Below, piece after piece: positions 27,143-36,032 of a stretch of DNA of 64,000 nt. The number at the start of each line of letters is the position of its first letter. Positions within the stretch are counted from its first letter, which is position 1. Below the pieces are notes generated by a model. The model ran no database searches. It saw nothing but the letters and a program-made list of their open reading frames with translations, and had not been told where the DNA came from. Source of the DNA: Acidimicrobiia bacterium (GTDB taxonomy: Bacteria > Actinomycetota > Acidimicrobiia > Spongiisociales > ZC4RG35). The stretch covers positions 5,971 through 69,970 of the forward strand of contig DATHVR010000151.1 of NCBI GenBank assembly GCA_035461175.1, in the 5' to 3' direction. The translations under genes and the position numbers were made by a program.

Positions 27143-28330
27143 GTGACCCGGTTGAGCTTCGTCGCATTTCCGTTCAAGTCCGAGGACCCGGCCGTCGCCG
27201 TCGCCAATCTCGAGGTAGCGGCGCGCCATCCGCGTGTCCGACGGGTGCTGGCGGTGGGCTCGGGTGCGGACGCCACCTACCGAAGCCTGGCCGAGTTCGC
27301 CCCCGCTCTCGAGCGTCGCACCGGCACCCCGGTCGAGGTGATCGTCCAGGAGCGGATCGGGGACCGCCGCCCCGGCAAGGGCGACGGCATGAACACTGCC
27401 CTGCGGCGTTTCCGCGACTCCGACCACCAGCGCATCCACTTCTACGACGCCGACATCACCAACTTCGACGCCACCTGGATCGACGGGGCCGAGGCGGCGG
27501 CCGACCGCCACTTCCCCGTCGTTCGTCACTATTTCCCCCGCGCCTCCACCGACGCCATGATCACCTGGTTGGTGACCCGGCCGATCTTCGCCCTGGCTCA
27601 CCCCGATTCGATCCTGTGGGAGATCCGCCAGCCGTTGGGTGGCGAGCTGCTCCTCACCCGGGACATCGCCGTCGCCCTGGCGGATGACCCCCGGGTGGTG
27701 GAACGCTCCGACTGGGGGATCGACACCGTCCTCACGTATGCCACCGTCGCCCTCGGCGAACCGGTCTACGAGCACTACGTGGCCGAGGGCAAACAACACG
27801 CCCTCTACCGCTCCCTGGGCGATATCCGCCAGATGCTCGTCGAGTGCTTCGAGGCGGCGGCCGCAGTCGCCGCCCTCCCCTCCCCCGGCCGGCCCCGCCA
27901 CGAGGTGGCGCCTCCGGCCACGGCCGGGCCCGCCATCGCCCACAAGGTGGGATTCGACATCGAGAGCACCATCCACCTGCTGATCGCCCCGTGGCCGCCG
28001 GAGGCGGTCTCGGCGGCGGCCGAACTTCCTGCCGACCTCTCCCGGCCCCTGCTCGCCAACCTGGTCCGACCCACCTTTTCGTTCATGGACGGCGCCCGCT
28101 GGCGGAGGACGCTTCAGGTGCTGCTGGCGCGCTACGAGTCGACACCGGGCTGGGAAGAAGTGCTGTTCCGGCTGTGGGTCGCCCGGGTGCTCGCCTACGC
28201 CACCGGCGAGGCTCTATATGGCCATGCAGCAGCGATGGCAGTGCTGGAGGAACAGGTGCGCCGCTGTGCCCGTCCCAGGACAGACCGATCAGGGAATGGA
28301 CAACAGGGCGACGGCCAGCACTCCCAGTGA
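27143..28330 (+). CDS. GT-A-fold glycosyltransferase, glucosyl-/mannosyl-3-phosphoglycerate-synthase-like
   Basis: RPGKGDGMNTAL and FYDADITNF resemble the GpgS/MpgS GT81 motifs RPGKGEA and DxD. GTG start. Confidence 0.45.
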   Translation: MTRLSFVAFPFKSEDPAVAVANLEVAARHPRVRRVLAVGSGADATYRSLAEFAPALERRTGTPVEVIVQERIGDRRPGKGDGMNTALRRFRDSDHQRIHFYDADITNFDATWIDGAEAAADRHFPVVRHYFPRASTDAMITWLVTRPIFALAHPDSILWEIRQPLGGELLLTRDIAVALADDPRVVERSDWGIDTVLTYATVALGEPVYEHYVAEGKQHALYRSLGDIRQMLVECFEAAAAVAALPSPGRPRHEVAPPATAGPAIAHKVGFDIESTIHLLIAPWPPEAVSAAAELPADLSRPLLANLVRPTFSFMDGARWRRTLQVLLARYESTPGWEEVLFRLWVARVLAYATGEALYGHAAAMAVLEEQVRRCARPRTDRSGNGQQGDGQHSQ

Positions 28331-29098
28331 GAGACCCCCCACCTGGCGGGGACTGAGATGCTCGAGATGGATGACTCGCGCCATCAGCACCGTCACGGCC
28401 GGATAGAGCGAGGCAACCACCGCCACCACCACCAGCGAGGCGAGGTTGGCGGCGAGGAGATAACCGATGTTTCCGACCAGGTCGAGGACTCCGACGCCCA
28501 GCACCGCCCAACCCACTCCTCCGGTGGGGGGACGCAACCACACCCGGGGGCCGACGAGCGCGATCACGGCCAGGATCAGCACCGACAGGGAGCGGGAGGC
28601 GACCAGCGGCCACATGCCCGCGTCCGCCCCGGCTCCGGCCAGCGCCACGAAATAGCCTCCGAACAGCACACCGGCCGCCACCCCGTAACCGAGACCCGCC
28701 CCCGAGCGGCCTTCGCCCTCCACCGTCGAGACCAGGTAGATGGCGGGAAGGGCGGCCATCACCCCCAGCCAGCCCAAGGCGCCGGGAGCATCACCCTGTC
28801 CCACCCCTGCCACCACCGGGATCACCGCTCCCACCACCGCCGCCGCCGGCGCCACCACTGCCGCCCGTCCCCGGGCGAGGCCGTTGTAGAGGAAGATCAG
28901 GCCGGACAATCCGAAGATGGAGGCGAGGGCACCGGCGAGCAGGTCTCCGCCGGCGGCAACCCCGGTGTCGAAGGGCATCCAGGCGACCAGGAGCACCAGA
29001 CCGATCAGATGCCCCCAGAGCAGGGTGCGGCCGGCGGCGATCTTTCGGGTGGCGGAGCCGCCCAGGAAGTCACCGATGCCGTAACCGAGTGCCGCCAC
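28289..29098 (-). CDS. EamA/DMT-family membrane protein
   Basis: About 10 TM helices and a Gly/Ala-rich membrane protein with two repeated halves. Confidence 0.6.
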   Translation of the reverse strand: MAALGYGIGDFLGGSATRKIAAGRTLLWGHLIGLVLLVAWMPFDTGVAAGGDLLAGALASIFGLSGLIFLYNGLARGRAAVVAPAAAVVGAVIPVVAGVGQGDAPGALGWLGVMAALPAIYLVSTVEGEGRSGAGLGYGVAAGVLFGGYFVALAGAGADAGMWPLVASRSLSVLILAVIALVGPRVWLRPPTGGVGWAVLGVGVLDLVGNIGYLLAANLASLVVVAVVASLYPAVTVLMARVIHLEHLSPRQVGGLSLGVLAVALLSIP

Positions 29099-29120
29099 CG
29101 CGGCGAGGACGACGCCTATC

Positions 29121-29539
29121 TCAGACCACTCTCGTCTCGCCGGCGGCCCGGAGCTCCGCCCGGATCGCCTCGGCCGCCGACTCCAGTTCGTCGCGATCGA
29201 TCGAGGCGGCGGCGTTGGCGAAGTCCATGTCGTGCATCCCGTCGATCGGGACCACGTGAAGATGGAGGTGAGGGACCTCCAGCCCGGCGATCATGAGACC
29301 GATCCGGGTGGGCGAGAAGGCCGCCTGCTGGGCCCTCCCGATCTTCTGGGCGACTTCGAAGAGGTGATCCCGAAGGTCGTCGGGACAATCCAGCCAGTGG
29401 TCGATCTCGGCGATCGGAACCACCAGGACGTGACCGGTGCGGAGGGGGTTGATCGACATGAACACGACGCAGCGGTCGTCCCTCCAGACGAAGGTTCCGG
29501 GTATCTCTCCCTCGATGATGCGGGTGAAGATCGTGGCCA
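29121..29539 (-). CDS. HIT (histidine triad) family hydrolase
   Basis: From MATIFTRIIEGEIPG... onward, with the HLHLHVVP histidine-triad motif. Confidence 0.8.
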
Positions 29540-29652
29540 TTCCCGGAGGGTAGATGCTTTTGCTGCCGTTGCTTGCGCGCGGGTGGTGGGCTGCACCGTC
29601 ATGCGGGCACTTCGTGCGCGAGCCGCGATCTGGTCGGCGTAACGTGTCGGCG

Positions 29653-30123
29653 ATGGACCAGGGACCCGTCGTTCTCGAACCGTCTTCTCCCCTCGAGACA
29701 GAGGCGGCCACGCTGATCGCCGAGCTCAACTCCTTTCTCGACGACCTCTACCACCCCGACGACAACCATTTCTGGCTCGAGCCCGACGAGGTGGACGGTG
29801 TCCGGGGCGTCTTCTTCATCGCCCGCCTCGACGGCCGGTCGGTGGGGTGCGGGGCGGTGCGGATGCTGGATGGGGGTCGGGCGGAGGTGAAGCGGATGTA
29901 CGTTCGACCCGATGCCCGAGGACGCGGGGTCGGTCGGGCCATCCTGGAGCGACTGGCATCTGAGGCCGCCGCCCGCCACGCCCGGGAACTGGTGCTGGAG
30001 ATGGGGGACAACCAACCCGGGGCACGCGCCCTCTACGACTCGTTCGGATTCACACCGATCCCGTGTTTCGGCGAGTATCTGGCCACCCCTAAGAGCGTCT
30101 GCCTGGGCAAGCTCCTCACCTGA
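29653..30123 (+). CDS. GNAT-family N-acetyltransferase
   Basis: From MDQGPVVLE... onward. Acetyl-CoA-binding motif RGRGVGRAILERL and the C-terminal motif ALYDSFGF. Confidence 0.7.
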   Translation: MDQGPVVLEPSSPLETEAATLIAELNSFLDDLYHPDDNHFWLEPDEVDGVRGVFFIARLDGRSVGCGAVRMLDGGRAEVKRMYVRPDARGRGVGRAILERLASEAAARHARELVLEMGDNQPGARALYDSFGFTPIPCFGEYLATPKSVCLGKLLT

Positions 30124-31333
30124 GGGGATCGAGACGCAGGATCCGGTCCGTGGTGAGCACGTAGACCTCGCCGGCGCCGTCGACTCCGAACGACACCACC
30201 CGGCCCACCGTCCCCACCCCGTCGGTGTGGTCATCGACCGATCCGTCGCGACCGACCGAGCGCAGGTATCCGCCGCAGTAGTCGGAGAAGAGAAACCGAC
30301 CGTCGAGCTCGGGGATGGCCGAACCTGAATAGACCACTCCCCCGGTCACGGCACAGCTGCCTCCATCTCCGCGTGCGATCTCGACCAGGGGCATGGTGAG
30401 GTCGTCACTCTCGCACGGGTCGACCGAGTAGCAGTGGGCCCCCTCCATCAGCGGCCACCCGTAGTTGATTCCCTGGCGGACGACGTCGGCCAGGTCGATC
30501 TCCTCGTAGGCCCCCTGGCCGACGTCGGCGATCCAGATGAGGTCGTCGTCAATCCAGAACCGCCACGGGTTGCGCAGCCCGTACTGCCACAGGGTTGCCT
30601 CGCCGCCGTCGACATCGATGCGGACCAGGCCCCCGAGCAGCGTGTCCAGATTCTGGCCGTTGCCGTAGCGGTCCCCGGCTCCGCCTCCGTCGCCCAGGCC
30701 CAGGTAGAGGGCGCCGTCGGGACCGAACTGGATCATGCCGCCGTTGTGGTTGCCGGCCGGCTGATCCACCGTCAGCAGCACCCGTTCCGAGCCGGGATCG
30801 GCCTTCGTGCCCTCCAGTGCCATCTCGGACACCACCGTGTCCCCGGCATCATCGGTGTAATGGAGAAACAGGCGGGCGTCGTCGTCGGGATGACGGGCCA
30901 GGCCGAGCAGGCCCCGCTCTCCGTCCACCGTGGTGCGGGAAGAGATGTCGAGGACCTCGTCGCCCAGGCCCGCTTCGTCGAGCACCATCACCACCCCGGC
31001 CCGCGTCGCCGCCAGGGCGAATGGATCACCGGGGCGGGCGGTGACGACGATGGGAAAGGAGACCTCGGCCACGGTGGCGTACTCCAGGCCCTGCAGCTCG
31101 GGCAACGACGAGGTCATGACGGGGGTGCTGGTGGACGGGACAGAGCCGGCGGCGGTGGTGTCGGTGGTCGCACTCGTGGTGGGCGAGGGGGCGGATGACG
31201 AAGAAGTGGACCCGGAGGCCGTCGTTGCCGTCGCTCCTGTGGAAGGCGGGGCGGAGGCGGGTGAGGGCTCCTCGGCGCAAGCGGCCACGGCGACGGCGAA
31301 CACGACAAGCGCTACCAGCATTCGGACCCTCAC
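30116..31333 (-). CDS. PQQ-dependent soluble sugar (glucose/sorbosone) dehydrogenase family lipoprotein
   Basis: Signal/lipobox (AVAACA), a Ser/Thr-rich linker, then beta-propeller motifs (AGNHNGGMIQFGPDGALYLGLGDGG, GLRNPWRF). Confidence 0.75.
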   Translation of the reverse strand: MRVRMLVALVVFAVAVAACAEEPSPASAPPSTGATATTASGSTSSSSAPSPTTSATTDTTAAGSVPSTSTPVMTSSLPELQGLEYATVAEVSFPIVVTARPGDPFALAATRAGVVMVLDEAGLGDEVLDISSRTTVDGERGLLGLARHPDDDARLFLHYTDDAGDTVVSEMALEGTKADPGSERVLLTVDQPAGNHNGGMIQFGPDGALYLGLGDGGGAGDRYGNGQNLDTLLGGLVRIDVDGGEATLWQYGLRNPWRFWIDDDLIWIADVGQGAYEEIDLADVVRQGINYGWPLMEGAHCYSVDPCESDDLTMPLVEIARGDGGSCAVTGGVVYSGSAIPELDGRFLFSDYCGGYLRSVGRDGSVDDHTDGVGTVGRVVSFGVDGAGEVYVLTTDRILRLDPLR

Positions 31334-31387
31334 CCCGGGGACGCTATCGCGCTCCCGTCACAAACCGCATGGCTACGCTCAGCGCCC

Positions 31388-32742
31388 GTGTCGACGCCCA
31401 TCACCGTGAAGAACGACCGCAGCGCACTCCGGGCATGGGCCATGTACGACTGGGCCAACTCTGCCTATTCGACCGTGATCGCCGGCGCCGTCCTCCCCGC
31501 CTATTTCGCCGCCTCCGTTGTGCCCGAAGAGGGATACCGCCTCTTCGGACGCATCTGGGCCGGCGACAGCCTGTGGGGCCTGGTGGCCGGCTTCGGACCG
31601 CTGGTGATGTTCCTGCTAGTGCCGATCCTCGGGGCGATCGCCGACTTCTCCGCCTCCAAGAGGCGGTTCCTCAGGTTCTTCGCTCTCACCGGATCGATCT
31701 TCACCATCCTGCTCTTGTTCGCCGCCCCGGTCGGGTGCTCACCACGATGGGCCTGTTCCTCCTCGCCCAGATGGGCTTCGTGGCCGCCAACGTGTTCTAC
31801 GACGGCTTTCTACCCGACCTGACCACCGACGAGACCATCGACCGCGAGTCCTCCCGGGGATTCGCGCTCGGGTACATCGGCGGTGGCGTCTATCTGCTCA
31901 TCGCGGTGGGTCTGATCCTGGCCGAGCCCTTCGGCGAGGAGTTGACGACCCGGATCGCCATCGCCGGAGCGGGAGTGTGGTGGATGGGATTCGCCCTGTG
32001 GGCGATTCCCCGGATCCCGGAAGTCGGCGTCTCCCAGCCGCTCCCCGCCCGACTGGCCCACCTCACCCCCATCAACGCCTACCTTCGGATCGGATTCGGC
32101 CGCACCTGGGGGACGGCGAAACGCCTGACCGCCTTCCCCCAGCTCCTTCTGTTCGTGGTGGCGTTCATTCTCTACAACGATGGGGTCCAGACCACGATCA
32201 ACATCTCGGGCGCCTACGCCTCCAGCACCCTCGACCTGGACCCGACCACGATCATCCTCGCCTTCTTGATCGTCCAGTTCATCGCCTACTTCGGGGCCCT
32301 CGGGTTCGGCAAACTCAGCTATCGCCTCGGGATCAAGCGAGCACTGCTCACTTCGCTGGTGATCTGGACCTCGATCGCCATCGCTGCCTTCTTCCTACCG
32401 GAAGGTGAGACGCTCCCCTTCCTGGCCCTGGCGGTGGTGATCGGGTTCGTGCTCGGAGGCGTCCAGGCACTGTCGCGGAGCCTCTACGGATCGATGATTC
32501 CTGCCCAGGCTTCGGCCGAGTTCTATGGCTTCTACTCGGTGTTCTCGAAATTCTCCGCCATCTGGGGTCCGTTCCTATTCGCCTTCATCGGAAACATCTC
32601 CGGCTCCTCCCGCTATGCCATCCTGTCCCTGGTCGTTTTCTTCGCCCTGGGCGGATTCCTCCTGTTCCGGGTCGACATCGAGGCCGCCCGAGCCTCCCGG
32701 GGCCGCTGGTCCTTCGAGGCCGATGAGACCGAGGTCCATTGA
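31388..32742 (+). pseudogene. UMF1/Atg22-like MFS transporter with an apparent -1 frameshift near 31726 (C-run)
   Basis: The N-terminal 113 aa (WAMYDWANSAYSTVI...) are in frame 2 and the rest (RVLTTMGLFLLAQMGFVAANVFYDGF...) in frame 1. Both halves belong to one transporter family. The junction is in GCCGCCCCGG. This could also be a sequencing error. Confidence 0.6.
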
Positions 32743-32760
32743 TCACGTAGAGTTGGTGCC

Positions 32761-33135
32761 ATGACCGACGATCGCAACTTCGAAGATGGCCCCGCCGACC
32801 CGGCTCCGCCCGAGCTCGAGCCCGAACTCGCCGAGGACCGTCCACACGAGACCGCGCCGGTCACCGTCTCCGAACCGTCGGCCGGAATCCCGTGGCGACT
32901 GGGCCTGTTCCTCTTGCTGGCGGTGGTGGTCGTGATCTTCGCCGTCCAGAACACCCAGGAGGTGGAACTGGAGTTCCTCGGGTGGTCGTGGCAGCTGCCT
33001 CTCGTGATCATCATCACGATCACGGTGGTGGTGTCGGTGCTCCTCGACGAGATCCTGGGAGGGATCATCAAGGGGCGCCGTCGCAAGCGCCGGGTCGAAC
33101 GCAGCGAGCTCAAGCGGCTCCGCAGCGAGAGGTGA
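32761..33135 (+). CDS. Small membrane protein, LapA-like (DUF1049) domain
   Basis: Acidic N-terminus, two TM helices flanking a short loop, and a basic C-terminal tail (KGRRRKRRVERSELKRLR). Confidence 0.5.
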   Translation: MTDDRNFEDGPADPAPPELEPELAEDRPHETAPVTVSEPSAGIPWRLGLFLLLAVVVVIFAVQNTQEVELEFLGWSWQLPLVIIITITVVVSVLLDEILGGIIKGRRRKRRVERSELKRLRSER

Positions 33136-33959
33136 GCCTCCGGCTCCTGCTGGTCCTTCTCGTCTTCGGCCTCGCCTCTTCGGCCTGTTACGAGCCGTCC
33201 CCATCGCCGGATGACTCGGCCCCGGAGGCCTCGGCCCGGGTTTGGCCGGACGTGCTCGACGGCGACAGTCTGCGCACCCCGGACGGCGTCGAATACCGAC
33301 TGATCGGCATCAACGCCCCCGACCGGGGAGAGTGCCTGGCCGAGGCTGCCGCCGGACGGCTGGAGGATCTGGTCGAGGAGGGAGTGGTATTCGAGACCGA
33401 CGCCGAACTCGAGGACCAGTTCGGTCGGCGATTGGTGTACGTCTACGCCGGTGACGTCCTCGTAAACGAACGCCTGGTCGAGGAAGGATTGGCCCTGGGC
33501 CTGCACAGCGATCCCAACTCGCTTGCCGCCGAGCGGATCTTCTCGGCGATGGCGCGGGCGGTGGCGGCCCGGGTGGGACTGTGGGATCCCGAGGCGTGTG
33601 GGGGCGGAACGGTGACCTCACTCGAGGTCGTCGAGGTCCAGGCCGACCCTCGGGGGCCGGATGAGGATCATCTCGATGAGGAGTTTGTCGTGCTGGAGAA
33701 CACCGGCACCGAGGCACTCGATCTCACCGGGTGGGGCATCCGGGACGAGTCAACCCGCAACCGCTACCGGTTCCCGGACGGCTTCGCCCTCCCCCCGGGT
33801 GAACGGGTCACGATCACCTCGGGCTCCGGTCCCCTTGGCTTCGGCACCGACTCCCCGATATGGAACAACGCCGGCGACACCGTGTTCGTGGTCGATCCGG
33901 GGGGACGATTCGTGACTTTTGCCTCCACCTCCGAATCGGGCAACGTCGGCGCCAACTAG
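33132..33959 (+). CDS. Thermonuclease (SNase-like) fused to a lamin-tail domain; lipoprotein
   Basis: GTG start overlaps the upstream stop (GTGA). Lipobox LVFGLASSAC. SNase motifs (DGDSLRT...YRLIGINAPD, RLVYVYAGDVLVNERLVEEGLA). C-terminal lamin-tail-domain-like EFVVLENTGTEALDLTGWGIRDESTRNRYRFPDGFALPPGERVTITSG. Confidence 0.7.
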   Translation: MSLRLLLVLLVFGLASSACYEPSPSPDDSAPEASARVWPDVLDGDSLRTPDGVEYRLIGINAPDRGECLAEAAAGRLEDLVEEGVVFETDAELEDQFGRRLVYVYAGDVLVNERLVEEGLALGLHSDPNSLAAERIFSAMARAVAARVGLWDPEACGGGTVTSLEVVEVQADPRGPDEDHLDEEFVVLENTGTEALDLTGWGIRDESTRNRYRFPDGFALPPGERVTITSGSGPLGFGTDSPIWNNAGDTVFVVDPGGRFVTFASTSESGNVGAN

Positions 33960-33986
33960 GCTGACCTCTTCCCCGAGGAGGCATGG

Positions 33987-34286
33987 ATGGCACTCAAGGA
34001 CACCCTCAAGAATCTGTTCGGCAAGGCCCAGGAGAGCGCCGCCGAAGCCGCCGAGAAGGCCAGGCCCATGATGGAAAAGGCCAAAGAAACCGCCGCCGAA
34101 GCCGCCGAAAAGGCCAAGCCCATGATGGAAAAGGCCAAGGAGGCCGCGAGCGAGGTCGCCGACAAAGCCAAGGGAGCTGGAGAGTCTGCCGCTGCCAAGG
34201 CCGGCGACGCCGCCCAGACCATGGCCGACAAGACCGCCGAGGCAGCCGAGGCCGTGGCCGAGGTCACCGACGAAACCGAACGCTGA
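33987..34286 (+). CDS. Small hydrophilic Ala/Lys/Glu-rich repeat protein
   Basis: Strong Shine-Dalgarno (GAGGAG) 5 nt upstream. Contains a 54-nt tandem duplication encoding AAEAAEKA(R/K)PMMEKAKE(T/A). Predicted helical, amphipathic, LEA/stress-protein-like. Confidence 0.55.
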   Translation: MALKDTLKNLFGKAQESAAEAAEKARPMMEKAKETAAEAAEKAKPMMEKAKEAASEVADKAKGAGESAAAKAGDAAQTMADKTAEAAEAVAEVTDETER

Positions 34287-34290
34287 CCGC

Positions 34291-35472
34291 ATGACACGGG
34301 TGTCGCACCGGCTGGCTGCCATTTCGGAGTCGGCCACGATGGCCATCACAGCTCGCGCCGCCGCTCTCAAAGCGGCGGGCGAGGACGTCATCAGCTTCGG
34401 TGCCGGAGAACCGGATTTCCCCACCCCCGACCACATCGTCGAGGCGGCGATCGCCGCGGTACGCGACCCTGTCAACCACCACTACACCGCGGCCGGAGGA
34501 CTGGCCGATCTGCGGGAGGCGGTAGTCGCCAACGCGGGCCAGTTCTCGAACCTCGAGATCTCCCCCGGCCAGGTCGTGATCACCAACGGCGGCAAGCAGG
34601 CCGTGTACACCGCCTTCCAGGCTCTTCTGGATCCTGGTGACGAGGCCCTGGTGCCGGCGCCGTACTGGGTCACCTATCCCGAGGCGATCTCGCTCACCGG
34701 CGCCCGGGCGATCGAGGTGCCGACCACGATCGACGTTGGCTTCAAGGTGACCCCCGAGATTCTCGAGCGTCACCGCACGGCGGCCACCAAGCTCCTCGTC
34801 TTCGTGTCTCCCTCCAACCCGACCGGCGCCGTCTACGACCACGCCGAAGTCGAGGCGGTGGCACGCTGGGCGGCCGACCACGGGATCTGGGTGGTCACCG
34901 ACGAGATCTATCAGCGTCTCGTCTACGGCGATGCCCGTTTCGTCAGCCTCCCCGGGGCGTTCCCCGACCTCGGCGACCGGTGGGTGGTCGTCAGCGGAGT
35001 CGCCAAGTCCTACGCGATGACCGGCTGGCGGGTGGGATGGCTGATCGGGCCCCCCGACGTCGTCTCGGCCTCCCTCAAGCTCCAGTCACACCTCACTTCC
35101 AACGTCGCCAACGTCAGCCAGCGGGCGGCGGTGGCCGCTCTGACCGGCTCCCAGGACGTCGTCGAGGAGATGCGTCAGGCCTTCGATCGACGGCGGCGTC
35201 TGGCCGTGAAGGCCATCTCCGAGATGAGCGGAGTCCGCTGTCTCGAGCCGCAGGGTGCCTTCTACCTCTTTCCCGACCTGTCGGCCTTCATCGGCGACCG
35301 CTTCCGCTCGAGCGCCGACCTGGTGGCCTGGATCCTGGACGAGGCCCGGGTCGCCCTGGTCCCGGGAGAGGGATTCGGTGCCCCCGGCTACGCCCGCCTT
35401 TCCTATGCGCTCGCCGACCAGGACCTGGCGACCGGCTTGGAGCGAATGGGCGACGCCCTCGCTTCGCTCTGA
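34291..35472 (+). CDS. aspC: Pyridoxal-phosphate-dependent aminotransferase class I (aspartate aminotransferase-like)
   Basis: Motifs FGAGEPDFPTP and NPTGAVY, lysine in SGVAKSYAMTGWRVGW, and the arginine in GFGAPGYARLSYA. Confidence 0.85.
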   Translation: MTRVSHRLAAISESATMAITARAAALKAAGEDVISFGAGEPDFPTPDHIVEAAIAAVRDPVNHHYTAAGGLADLREAVVANAGQFSNLEISPGQVVITNGGKQAVYTAFQALLDPGDEALVPAPYWVTYPEAISLTGARAIEVPTTIDVGFKVTPEILERHRTAATKLLVFVSPSNPTGAVYDHAEVEAVARWAADHGIWVVTDEIYQRLVYGDARFVSLPGAFPDLGDRWVVVSGVAKSYAMTGWRVGWLIGPPDVVSASLKLQSHLTSNVANVSQRAAVAALTGSQDVVEEMRQAFDRRRRLAVKAISEMSGVRCLEPQGAFYLFPDLSAFIGDRFRSSADLVAWILDEARVALVPGEGFGAPGYARLSYALADQDLATGLERMGDALASL

Positions 35473-35982
35473 GGTGCGCTAAGCCCGAACTGAATCGCTC
35501 TCGGTGATAGCAGCCGAAGGATTCTCCAGATTCTCTCAGGCGAGCTCCCCATCAGCCGCAGGAATCCGGCCCAGCGCTCATGCATCTCAACGACAACGGA
35601 GTCGCCCAGCATCGCCGCCTTGTCCTCCAGCAGCGCCAACACCACCTCCCCTGGCTTTCCGTACACCTCGATGGAGTGAAGATCGATCAGATCGGCGAAC
35701 TCGCCAAAGGCGACACGGCCCACCTCCAGGTGGTATCGCAAGGAATCGGAGTCGGGTGGACGGACACGACGGTCATGTTCCGTCCTCAGCGTCGATGTAG
35801 AAGTCGTAGGCGATCAGCTGCGGCTCCTTCTCCTGGATGCAGTCAACCAGGTTCTCGACCCGCCGTGCCACTTCCTCCCGGGCGCCTTCTCGGATCGTAG
35901 AACGATCGATGTAGAAGATGGGCCCGAACACGAATCTCCCTCGTCGCTCCCTTCCGACCATAGGCGAACCCACAGACGCCAT
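35403..35982 (-). pseudogene. Possible frameshifted small alpha+beta-barrel (ABM/Dabb-like) gene, as two ORFs (35773-35982 and 35403-35741)
   Basis: The 69-aa ORF (...EKEPQLIAYDFYIDAEDGT) and the 112-aa ORF (...LIDLHSIEVYGKPGEVVLALLEDKAAMLGDSVVVEMHE) are adjacent and in different frames. The second runs 70 nt into the aspC 3' end. Weak resemblance to ABM-type proteins. Confidence 0.25.
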
Positions 35983-36032
35983 CCACTCTCGCTTCGGTTA
36001 GGGCCCCTGACAGCCCGCCTACACTCCTCGCC

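Noticed and set aside
25706-27976. 756-aa minus-strand ORF spanning the herA N-terminus and the glycosyltransferase gene
   Set aside because: An Arg/Gly/Pro-rich frame with no domain signal. It overlaps two well-supported genes on the two strands.
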